Shown here: piece after piece, positions 1-8,646 of the stretch
Layout of the letters: the number at the start of each line of letters is the position of its first letter
Position numbering within the stretch: position 1 is the first letter of the stretch
Origin: Vulcanimicrobiota bacterium
GTDB lineage: Bacteria; Vulcanimicrobiota; Vulcanimicrobiia; Vulcanimicrobiales; Vulcanimicrobiaceae
Reading direction: 5' to 3'
NCBI GenBank assembly: GCA_963777315.1
Contig: CAVZQC010000002.1
Location: forward strand, 672,001-736,000
Length of the DNA stretch: 64,000 nucleotides
Notes under the pieces: model-generated
Databases searched by the model: none
What the model saw: only the letters and a program-made list of their open reading frames with translations
What the model was told of the DNA's origin: nothing
Position numbers and translations under genes: made by a program

Positions 1-153
1 GTCCAGCGCTTGAATGGCTTGAGAAGATGCGGAACCGCCGGCTCCGACGCTCCACGTCTGCGGCGCATCCGCCGTGGGAGGCGCACCTGTGCCGCTGCCG
101 GCTCCTCCGCATGCAACCAGTGCGAAAAGTAAGGCGAGCGCGAGTAGCTTCAT
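1..153 (-). CDS. lipoprotein, N-terminal part (runs off window edge)
   Basis: Hand translation MKLLALALLFALVAC-GGAGSG...; lipobox LVAC; AGGAGG RBS upstream; divergent from TetR gene. Confidence 0.75.
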   Translation of the reverse strand, partial: MKLLALALLFALVACGGAGSGTGAPPTADAPQTWSVGAGGSASSQAIQALD

Positions 154-172
154 GGAATACCTCCTTGGCTCG

Positions 173-218
173 TGAGACAGATGTCTCATGAAGGGGTATT
201 CGTGATACTAGAGTATCA
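173..218. promoter_or_regulatory. two related 16-bp palindromes, probable TetR operators
   Basis: TGAGACA-GA-TGTCTCA (173-188) and TGATACT-AG-AGTATCA (203-218) in the divergent intergenic region. Confidence 0.7.
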
Positions 219-226
219 GGACGGAG

Positions 227-814
227 ATGTCAAGCACATACGAGCACAACGGCCGGACCGCTCAAAAGCAGCGCACGCGGCAATCGCTAATCGATGCGGC
301 GCGCGAATTGCTGGATGAGGGCGCTACGCCGACAGTGGAACAGGCCGCGGAGCGGGCGCGGCTCTCACGGCCCACCGCGTACCGCTACTTCCGCAGTCAG
401 TCGGAGCTGCTGCTCGCAGCGCACCCCGAACTCGCAGTCGATTCGCTGCTGCCGCAAAAGGCGCCGGACGATCCGGTGCGCCGGCTCGATGCCGCATCGG
501 GGGAGTTAATGGGTCTTCTGCTCGAACACGAACGCGCGCTGCGCGCGATGTTCCGCCTTTCGGCCGAAAAAGCGCCGCAAACACCGCCGCCTGCGCTGCG
601 CAGCGGCAGACGGATCCGATGGGTCGAAGATGCGCTTGCGCCGGTGCGCAAGAAACTGGGGCCGAAGAGATTCCGGCGGTTGGTTTTGCAGATCGGCGCA
701 ACGCTGGGAATCGAGCCGCTCATGTGGCTCATCGACGTTGCGCACCTGGAGCGGCAGGAAGCGGTAGACATCCTGCGGGCGTCCGCCCGTGAATTGCTGC
801 GGGCTGCGCTGTGA
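227..814 (+). CDS. TetR/AcrR family transcriptional regulator
   Basis: N-terminal HTH 'TRQSLIDAA...PTVEQAAERARLSRPTAYRYF'; GGAG RBS. Confidence 0.9.
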   Translation: MSSTYEHNGRTAQKQRTRQSLIDAARELLDEGATPTVEQAAERARLSRPTAYRYFRSQSELLLAAHPELAVDSLLPQKAPDDPVRRLDAASGELMGLLLEHERALRAMFRLSAEKAPQTPPPALRSGRRIRWVEDALAPVRKKLGPKRFRRLVLQIGATLGIEPLMWLIDVAHLERQEAVDILRASARELLRAAL

Positions 815-1212
815 ACGTCGAGCCGGAAGACCTCCGGGCGCTGGAGAACGTCGTAGCGCAACTGGCCCTTGCGTGGAATGACGGCGACGCTGCGCGCTTT
901 GCCGCCGTGTTCGCGAACAGCGCGGAACAAGTCAATATCTTCGGAGCGCAGATTCACGGGCGCCCGGAGATCGAAGAAAAGCACAACCGCATCTTCAAGA
1001 CGATCTATCAAGGAAGCGCGAACACGCTGCGTCTCGTGAGCGCGCAGGCGATCGCCGACGGCGTGCTGCTCGCGCGCGTCTCCTCGCGTGTAGAAGTGCC
1101 GCGGGGTCCGATGAAAGGCGCGCTGGAAACGATAATTTCGATGCTGCTCAAGCGCGACGGCGGCCGCTGGGAAATTATCCTGTTTCACAACACCAGGGTA
1201 GCCGCGAAGTAG
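811..1212 (+). CDS. SnoaL/NTF2-like (SgcJ/EcaC, DUF4440) protein
   Basis: 'AWNDGDAARFAAVF...G..IHGRPEI...H...F', C-terminal 'WEIILFHNT'; GTGA overlap with TetR. Confidence 0.8.
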   Translation: MNVEPEDLRALENVVAQLALAWNDGDAARFAAVFANSAEQVNIFGAQIHGRPEIEEKHNRIFKTIYQGSANTLRLVSAQAIADGVLLARVSSRVEVPRGPMKGALETIISMLLKRDGGRWEIILFHNTRVAAK

Positions 1213-1215
1213 CCC

Positions 1216-1821
1216 ATGCCGCTGCAAAATCGCGTAACGCCTTTCGGTGAAATACTGGCCCTGCACGGGCGCGGCCTGATGATGGGCAACCGCGGCATCC
1301 TGCACGATGACGATCGCCGAATCGTTCGGCAGTGGCAATGCCGCCGCTGGATCGCGTGCGTGCTCAGTTACCGCGGAATACGGCGAACCGTCATGCGTCC
1401 GCATTCGTATACCGAGCTCTTCTTTTTAGACGAAGCCGCCGCGCTCAGTGCCGGTCATCGGCCATGCGCGGAGTGCAGGCGCAACGAGTACGATCGTTTC
1501 AAGGCATTGTGGGAAGCGTGCCGCGGCAGCGCGACGAACGCGGAGGCGATGGACGCCGTACTCGATGCGGAGCGCCGCGCCGGTCGCGCAAAGCGCACGC
1601 ACCGCGCGGATTTCCGTTCGCTGCCGGACGGAACGTACGTCAGCCTCGACGGCAAAGCATGGCTGGTCTGGGCGGGGCGAATGCACGCGTGGTCTGACTC
1701 CGGTTACGCCGAGCATCGCACGTGCCGCTCCGGTGATGTCGTCGTCCTTACGCCGCCGTCGATCGTCGCGGTGTTGTCAGCGGGATATACACCTTTCGTG
1801 CATCCAAGTGCGTTGCCGTGA
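1216..1821 (+). CDS. conserved hypothetical protein with Ada-like Cys motif (gene A)
   Basis: 'MPLQNRVTPFG...GNRG..H', 'FFLDEAAALSAGHRPCAECRR'; 3 bp after upstream stop. Confidence 0.75.
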   Translation: MPLQNRVTPFGEILALHGRGLMMGNRGILHDDDRRIVRQWQCRRWIACVLSYRGIRRTVMRPHSYTELFFLDEAAALSAGHRPCAECRRNEYDRFKALWEACRGSATNAEAMDAVLDAERRAGRAKRTHRADFRSLPDGTYVSLDGKAWLVWAGRMHAWSDSGYAEHRTCRSGDVVVLTPPSIVAVLSAGYTPFVHPSALP

Positions 1822-1834
1822 TCGCGCCGCACCG
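1613..1834 (+). repeat. direct repeat copy 1 (3' end of gene A)
   Basis: 222 bp, ungapped with 4622-4843; 11 mismatches by hand count. Confidence 0.95.
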
Positions 1835-1879
1835 ATGAAGACCCGCGTGGCCGGCGGAAACGATGGCATAACGCTGTCG

Positions 1880-2324
1880 GTACGATAAACGCGCCCACTG
1901 TGGAATCGAGGACGGCTGCGTTTGCGCCCGGCGGCACGTAGATGGCAAGATCGCAGCCCGAACCGTTAACGTTGAGGTTGGATGCGGGCTTCGTCAAAAT
2001 CATCTTTGCGGACAGACCGGCCGCGTTGGACCCGGTCAACGTGATGCATCCGTTTTGCGAAGTCCCGGCCGAAAGCGGTCGCCGCATCGCGCTCCGCGTC
2101 GCTGCGAACCGCGATTTTCGATTGATTTCGGGCGCAAGCAGCAGCCGTTCCCGCTCGGCGAAAGTCATCCGCCTGCCCGGCCCCGTCGTGTTCGGCAACC
2201 AGGTGTTGGTTTGGGCGCCACTCAAAGGTGTGGTCACCGAGGGTGTGCTGCCGCCTTTAGCGCATCCGGCCAGCGCGCATGCCGCCGCAGCAGCTGCGGC
2301 TATTGGCCAAAACGATTTCGTCAT
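1880..2324 (-). pseudogene. 3'-truncated secreted lipoprotein
   Basis: GAGGAG RBS, MTKSFWPIAAAAAAACALAGC lipobox; frame loses plausibility near 1880 and runs into gene A antisense. Confidence 0.55.
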
Positions 2325-2630
2325 CGCAGTATCTCCTCGGCTTATTGAGGCCGAACCGTGCGGTAACAGCATGCTACGGTCGTGACGACAGTATATGGCG
2401 GTCACTTTCCAACCACTTTGCGGCCTGTCTACGTTGCCTTGCCGATTTCCGGCCGCTCTTAAACGAACGGCACCGACGGGCACAACTCTCTACGCACTCA
2501 GCTGCTAAGGTTTAATTTGGGGTACTGGTTGGAGGTGTGGTCATCAACGGCGGATACAACTTGGCCGCGGCGATTGTCGAAGCGCTAATTGCCTTCGGTT
2601 GACGCTACGGCACCGATGGGAGGAACGGCC

Positions 2631-3188
2631 ATGTCGAAGGAAGGCGCCGTGATCGGTGTCTCGGATCACGGTGGTTGGGCGGTGTTGGTGACGGTGGCGC
2701 ACGACGGCACGCTGCTCGACCGCCGCCGAGTCGAGCTCGTCGATGAGAATTTGCCAAGTATTCCCTGCCACCACGAAGCGCAGCTGCTGCCGACGGACCA
2801 GGCAGTAGCGCTGGTCGAGCGGGTACGCGTATCGGCGGAGCGACACGCCGTGCTTTCGCTGGACGCCGTTGCGCTCGCCGTCCCGAACGTCCTTGGCGTT
2901 GCCCTTCGAAGCTGTCCGCCGCTTCCGCCGACGATCGCCGAGCGCATCAAGGACTATCGCGCACGAAACGTGGCCGATTGGGTGATGTATCGCAAAGCTC
3001 TCGCCTTCGCAGCCGAGACGCGTGGCTGGCTTGTCTATTGGTACGATGCAAAGACGGTACTTGCGTCGGCGAGGCACCTTGTAGAGCTTCGGAGCGCGGT
3101 CGGGCCGCCATGGAATGCGGATCACAAACTGGCAATGGCGGCTGCCAAGCTTACCGGCCGCAAGCCGGCAATGCGATTGCGCAGTTGA
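2631..3188 (+). CDS. conserved hypothetical protein
   Basis: GGAGG RBS before ATG 2631; globular ORF 'VIGVSDHGGWAVLVTV...GPPWNADHKLA'. Confidence 0.7.
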   Translation: MSKEGAVIGVSDHGGWAVLVTVAHDGTLLDRRRVELVDENLPSIPCHHEAQLLPTDQAVALVERVRVSAERHAVLSLDAVALAVPNVLGVALRSCPPLPPTIAERIKDYRARNVADWVMYRKALAFAAETRGWLVYWYDAKTVLASARHLVELRSAVGPPWNADHKLAMAAAKLTGRKPAMRLRS

Positions 3189-3214
3189 AATCAAATCGCC
3201 CGAACCTAACGAGA

Positions 3215-3698
3215 TTATCTCAACGCGTTGCGCAACGAACGCCTTAAGTCGTTCATGCCTTGATACACGAAGTTGTCGATCTGCCAGCCCGTGGAACGCC
3301 GGACGGCGACCACGCGCACGACGGCGCTGCCGTTACCGCCGGAAAATCGGATTCGCACCGGAACGACGGCGCTACTCGCGTTACCCGAAGGCGCGAGAAG
3401 CGCGTATGACGACGGTTCGGACTGCGACTCCGCTGAAAGGGTCGAAATCGAGCATTTCCGCGTGCTCTCGGCCCTCCTCCGTTACGAGTTTTTCGAGCGA
3501 AGCATAGAGCGACGGCGTAAAGTACGTGCGGGCGCCGGAAAGTTTGGTCCAATTTCCATGCGTTGACAGATACCAGGTGTAGAAGGCGTTCACGACGGGG
3601 ACGGCTCCGGAGGTTTGCGCGAACGCAATTCGGCCGCTCATCCCAAGGATCGCTACGATCAGCAACGCCATGAGTAAGGGGCCGGCTCGACTAAGCAT
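3215..3698 (-). CDS. DUF3828/YbjP-like secreted protein, +1 frameshift near 3429
   Basis: Signal peptide, 'VNAFYTWYL', 'LDFDPFSG'; continues in next frame to 'GWQIDNFVY...LRNALR*'. Confidence 0.7.
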
Positions 3699-3716
3699 CG
3701 CCTCAACGATACGACG

Positions 3717-4205
3717 TTAAAGCGTTTCGGGCAAGACGCCAGGTAGGACCGCCCCAGATGGGTTCTCGCTATTCCGGACATTAGCGATCGTGGTTTGCAT
3801 GAGCGCGATTAGCTTGTAGGAAGGCTCGCCGCCTACAAAGGCTCGGACTTCGCCAGTGCAGACGGTAAGCAATTTTCCGGCGCTCGCCACTCTCCCAATT
3901 GCAAGAAAGGTTTCGCCCAGCGCCGGCCGCAGCAAATTGATTTTGAACTCCGCGCTAACCACTTCGTAATCTTGCGGCGCCTTCGTGAGTGCCGCATAGC
4001 CGCAGGCGCTGTCGAGAATGCTGGTAACAGCACCAGCATGCACAAAGCCATGCTGCTGGGAAAGACGCTTGGAGGATGTCAGCGCAATATGCACCTCGCC
4101 TTCTGCGACGAGAACCAGTCTTGCGCCGAGGGTCTCCATCAGCCCTTGCGCGCCGAAGCTGATGGCGATTCGTTGTTGGATATCGATCATGGAGGCTGCG
4201 AACAT
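3717..4205 (-). CDS. PaaI family thioesterase
   Basis: 'QQHGFVHAGAVTSILDSACGYAA', 'EFKINLLRPA'. Confidence 0.9.
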   Translation of the reverse strand: MFAASMIDIQQRIAISFGAQGLMETLGARLVLVAEGEVHIALTSSKRLSQQHGFVHAGAVTSILDSACGYAALTKAPQDYEVVSAEFKINLLRPALGETFLAIGRVASAGKLLTVCTGEVRAFVGGEPSYKLIALMQTTIANVRNSENPSGAVLPGVLPETL

Positions 4206-4299
4206 ATCACATCGTTGCGGGCCGGCGCAATCGCACGTGCTGCGCTGGAGCGCCCGGGAAGCGCCCAGCGACGATCACTCGCGACAACTTTGGAGTCGT

Positions 4300-4622
4300 T
4301 TAGGGAAGCATATCCGAAATCTCAATGTGTTTACCGTCTGTTGCCACACTGGCGGCGCCGTTTTTATCACTGCGGTAGATGCGTGCGCCGAAGCGCAAAA
4401 GCGTTTCGATGGTGGACGGCGCCGGGTGACCGAACATGTTGTGCCGGCCGACCGAAATGATCGCATACCGGGGATGCACGGCAGCGATGAAAGCAGAGCT
4501 ACTGCTGTACGCCGATCCGTGATGTCCAACTGTGAGCACGTCAACGCGCAAATCTAGGCCTTCGCTTAGAAAACGCTGTTCCGCGGCAACGCCGGCATCA
4601 CCCGTAAGCAGCATGCCGAACT
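4300..4622 (-). pseudogene. comEC: orphan 3' fragment of comEC (C-terminal part of metallo-beta-lactamase domain)
   Basis: Ungapped 323-bp homologue of 8647-8969; 'MLLTGDAG...VGHHGSAYSSS...SVGRHNMFGHP...MLP*'. Confidence 0.92.
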
Positions 4623-4843
4623 CCGTTCGCTGCCGGACGGAACCTACGTTAGCGTCGACGGCAAGGCATGGCTCGTCTGGGCGGGGCGAATGCACGCGTG
4701 GTCTGACTCCGGTTACGGCGAGCATCGCACGCGCCGCTCCGGTGATGTCGTCGTCCTTACGCCGCCGTCGATCGTCGCGGTGTTGTCGGCGGGATATCCA
4801 CCTTTCGTGCATCCCAGTGCGTCGCCGTGATCGCGCCGCACCG
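4622..4843 (+). repeat. direct repeat copy 2 (orphan 3' end of gene A)
   Basis: About 95% identical to 1613-1834, includes the stop codon; no 5' part of the gene. Confidence 0.95.
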
Positions 4844-4869
4844 TTTTCCTAGGCGTCGCCTTCGAGACC

Positions 4870-5174
4870 GCCGGGCCGTCCACATCGCGGCCGCCGTGCT
4901 GCCGCGCCGCATCGGCCACGAGCGCCACTTGCTCGGGGCTGTTGCAGCAAAGCGCGAACCGATTTACATTGGGCACCATCGCCACGTCGGCAACGATGCC
5001 GAAAAACTCATCGTTCGGTGACCAGCCGTCCGCGCGCCAACCGGCTTCGTTCTGGGCAAAGAGCGGGTACGTTTGCCGGCGGAACCCTAGCACGGCGAGT
5101 ACGGCATCGTAGAATCGCGCCGAACGTTCGAGATCACGTACGCGCACGTCGATGTGGCTGAAAAGCCGCGGCAT
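4870..5174 (-). pseudogene. VOC/glyoxalase family protein, 3'-truncated
   Basis: 'FSHIDVRVRDLERSARFYDAVL'; breaks after 'DGPA', lacks terminal 'F.DPDGN..E' motif. Confidence 0.75.
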
Positions 5175-5405
5175 GGTCCAGTCTTCGTCGGGGGTGCGTG
5201 GCGCTCCATGTCGCGTTCTTACGCCGGAACACGCACGCATGTTGAGCAGGTAGCGGCGATTCTGCGCCCTCTGCTACGTCGCCTGAATTTCCCGCTGGTT
5301 GATCGCGTCATTCACGCCATGATTGGCAATAAGGCGCTCGCTAGGGTTTGCCGGCTCGGAACTTCGCCGGCGGAGCGAGACGTCCCCGACGCGAAATTGT
5401 GGCGC

Positions 5406-8208
5406 GTGGCGACTCGCGTGAAATCGGGAACGCCCTCTTCCCTCCGTCCTAGCGGCACGGTCACTTTCTTGTTTTCCGATATCGAAGGCAGCACGGAACG
5501 CTGGGACCGCGATCGCGATGCGATGAGTGGTGCGGTCGCGCGGCACGATGCCCTGATGCGCGCAACGCTCGAGGCGCACGGCGGTTACATCTTCAAAACC
5601 ATGGGCGACGAATTCTGCGCCGCTTTTTTCACTGTGCCCGACGCCATCGGAGCGGCGCTTCAAGCACAGCGCGCGCTTGACGCGCAAGATTTCTCGGCCG
5701 TTGCGGGGTTGCGCGTCCGCATGGCGCTGCATACCGGAACCGCCGACGAACGCGACGGCGACTACTTCGGGCCCACGGTGAACCGCGTGGCGCGCCTGCT
5801 GGCAATCGGCCACGGCGGTCAAGTGTTGGTCTCCGGCACCGCCGCGGATGTGCTTGGCACCGAGATGCCGCAAGAAGGCGCCTTACGCGATTTGGGCCGG
5901 CATCGACTCAAAGATCTTTCGCGTCCCGAACGGGTCTGGCAGCTCGTGGCGCCCGATTTACCGCAATCATTTCCGGCGGTGCGCTCGCTCGACCATGTGT
6001 CGAACAATCTGCCGGCGCAGCTGACGACATTCGTGGGACGCGGCCAAGTCATCGCGGCAATCAAGACCTTGACCGAGCAACATCGGCTTGTGACGTTAAC
6101 CGGCACGGGCGGCGTTGGTAAAACGCGGTGCGCAGTTCAGATTGGTGCCGAGCTCCTCGACCAATTCGGCGACGGCGTGTGGCTGGCGGAGCTCGCACCA
6201 ATCTCCGATCCGGCGCTCGTAACAAGCGTGGCTGCGCGAGCGCTGAACCTTGAGGAGCAACCGAACCGCCCACTGATTGAGACACTGCTCACGTATCTGA
6301 AGCGCAAACGCTTGTTGCTCATTCTCGACAATTGCGAGCATGTTATTGACGAAGCGCGGCGCCTCTCGGGTGCCATCCTGCGCGGTTGCCCCGAGGTGCG
6401 GGTCATCGCGACCAGCCGCGAGCCTTTGAATATCTCCGGCGAAGCGACGTATCGCATGCCGTCGCTCGAGGTTCCGTCCGACACGCGCATGCCTGACGCG
6501 GAAGGCTTGACGCAGTACGGGGCCACTCAGCTGTTCGTCGATCGTGCGCAGCTTAGCAACAGTCGGTTCGCGTTGACACCGGAGAATGCAATCCATGTGG
6601 CGGAGATCTGCCGGCGGCTCGATGGGATCCCTCTAGCGATAGAATTCAGCTGCAGCGCGAATAAAAGTGCTCTCGCCAAAGGAGCTGGCACGCAGGCTCG
6701 ACGAGCGCTTCCGCCTGCTCACGGACGGAAACCGCACTGCGTTGCCGCGTCAACGCACCATGCGCGCGCTCATCGACTGGAGCTACGATCTGCTGTCCGA
6801 CGACGAACGCATGCTGTTCAGAAGGCTTTCGATTTTCGCCGGCGGCTTCACCATCGAAAGCGCCGCTGCGGTATGCGCCGCCGGCGCGATTGACGAGATG
6901 GCCTTGCTCGAACCGCTCGCGTCGTTGGTCGACAAATCCCTCGTACAAGCCGATGCTGCTGCGGAAGGGACGCGCTACCGGCTCTTGGAGTCGACACGCG
7001 AGTACGCGCGTGAGAAGCTGACGGAGCGCGGGGAATATTCGGCGGCTGCGCACGCGCACGCGCGTGCGTTCCTTGCGCTTGCGGAGAAGCTGGACCGGCT
7101 GGACGATACGACTGCGGATCGCACGTGGATCGCGCAAGCCAAGCCGGAGATGGAAAACTGGCGCGCCGCGTTAGGCTGGTCGCTCGGTTTACGCGGCGAC
7201 GTCGCGCTGGGACAGCGTCTTGCCGGTACGATGCGATGCATGTGGCTCTACCTAGCGGCAAGCGAAGGCCGCCGCTGGATTGCGTCCGCGCTTGACACAT
7301 CCGACCATACGACGTCTGCTGGCGTAGTCGCAAGATTACAGCTTGCCGAGGCGCAGCTGTGTGCGGGCCTCGTGCAGCACAAAGCCTCGGGCGATGCGGC
7401 ACAGCGCGCGCTCGAACGACTGCAGGAGTCCAATGACTCCGACGTCGTGGAAGCGCAGCGGTTGGTGGGCCGCGCCGGCCTCCTTCTCGGACACGGCGCC
7501 GAAGGCGAAGTACTCCTACGCGAGGCGCTGGCGGGCGCTGAAAAATTCGGGATGCACAAAGCGAGAGCGAGAATCCTAAAAGATCTTGCGATGGCGCGAT
7601 TGACCGCAGGGGACCTGGACGCGGCCCGAGCGTTATTCAACGATGCGCGCACACTTGCTCGCGCGTTGGGCGCGGATCAGCTGACGGGATTCGTTGCGAT
7701 CCACTCGGCCGAGCTGGAGTTTGAGCGCGGTGACGCCTCAGCGGCTGCGCAGCTCGCGAGCGAGGCACTCGCAGCATCGCGCTCGCAAAATGATCCGCGA
7801 CGCGCTACTAACGCACTTTTGAACCTGAGTGCCTATCTGGTAGCCCTGGGACGCTATGAAGAGGGTCGCAATCGGGCGTGGGACGCGCTTACGTTAGGTC
7901 GCGATCTCCAGGGCGGCGTTCTTACGGCATTTGCTCTACAGCATCTTGCAGCGGGCGCGCTGTTTCGCGCCGCGGACGAAGGCAGTCCCCCAATCGAATC
8001 CAGCGCGCGAGCGGCGCGCTTGGCGGGTTATATTGATAGGCAGCTCCATGCACTGGAGGCCGTGCGCGAATACACCGAGCAGCAAGAGTACGACAAGATG
8101 GTCGCCGCCTTGCGCGCTGCGCTTGGCGAAGAAGAACTGGGAAAGCTGATGTCCGAAGGCGCCGCATGGCTTGAGGATCGCGCCGTCGCCGAGGCTCTGC
8201 TCATCTGA
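5406..8208 (+). CDS. class III adenylate/guanylate cyclase - STAND NTPase - TPR protein, +1 frameshift near 6647
   Basis: 'TFLFSDIEGST', 'GDEFCAAF', 'DYFGPTVNRVARL', P-loop 'GTGGVGKT', 'LDNCEH', 'LDGIPLAIE(L)AAAR', helical repeats; start uncertain (5406 or 5418). Confidence 0.88.
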
Positions 8209-8234
8209 GGCTTCCAGCGGTAACACCAGGCCGG

Positions 8235-8646
8235 TCAAATCACGCGAATGACGCCCATCATCCCATTATCTTCGTGGAAAAGCATGTGGCAGTGATAAAC
8301 GAATTCGCCGCGCGGCACGTTTCGGAAGTCCAATACAATCCTCGTGCGGCTCGGTTGGATGAGCGGGAAATTTGGATCGCCGGGATTGGGCAGCATGCGC
8401 CCGGGGGGAATATTCACAGTGTCGAGCATAACGGGCACCGGCGTTTCCTCTTCAGCGGCGAAGGCCATCTGATGAATGCGCGATCGCCGGAATTGCTCGG
8501 GCAGCACAAGGAGATCGAGCGCGAAGGAATTCCCGCGCGCGGCAAGGGGAAGAGACATCTTCTCCTTGCCTATCTTCGCGAACATCCCGAAGAACTGCGT
8601 CCGGTGTTGCGCAAAAGAAGCGCGCTGTAGAGGCGGCAGCGTGTCG
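8235..8646 (-). pseudogene. C-terminal fragment of multicopper oxidase
   Basis: 'FVYHCHMLFHEDNGMMG' signature; no N-terminal domains, abuts comEC stop. Confidence 0.8.

Noticed and set aside
4300..4812. 170-aa ORF as a novel protein
   Set aside because: Chimera of antisense gene A repeat sequence and the comEC fragment.
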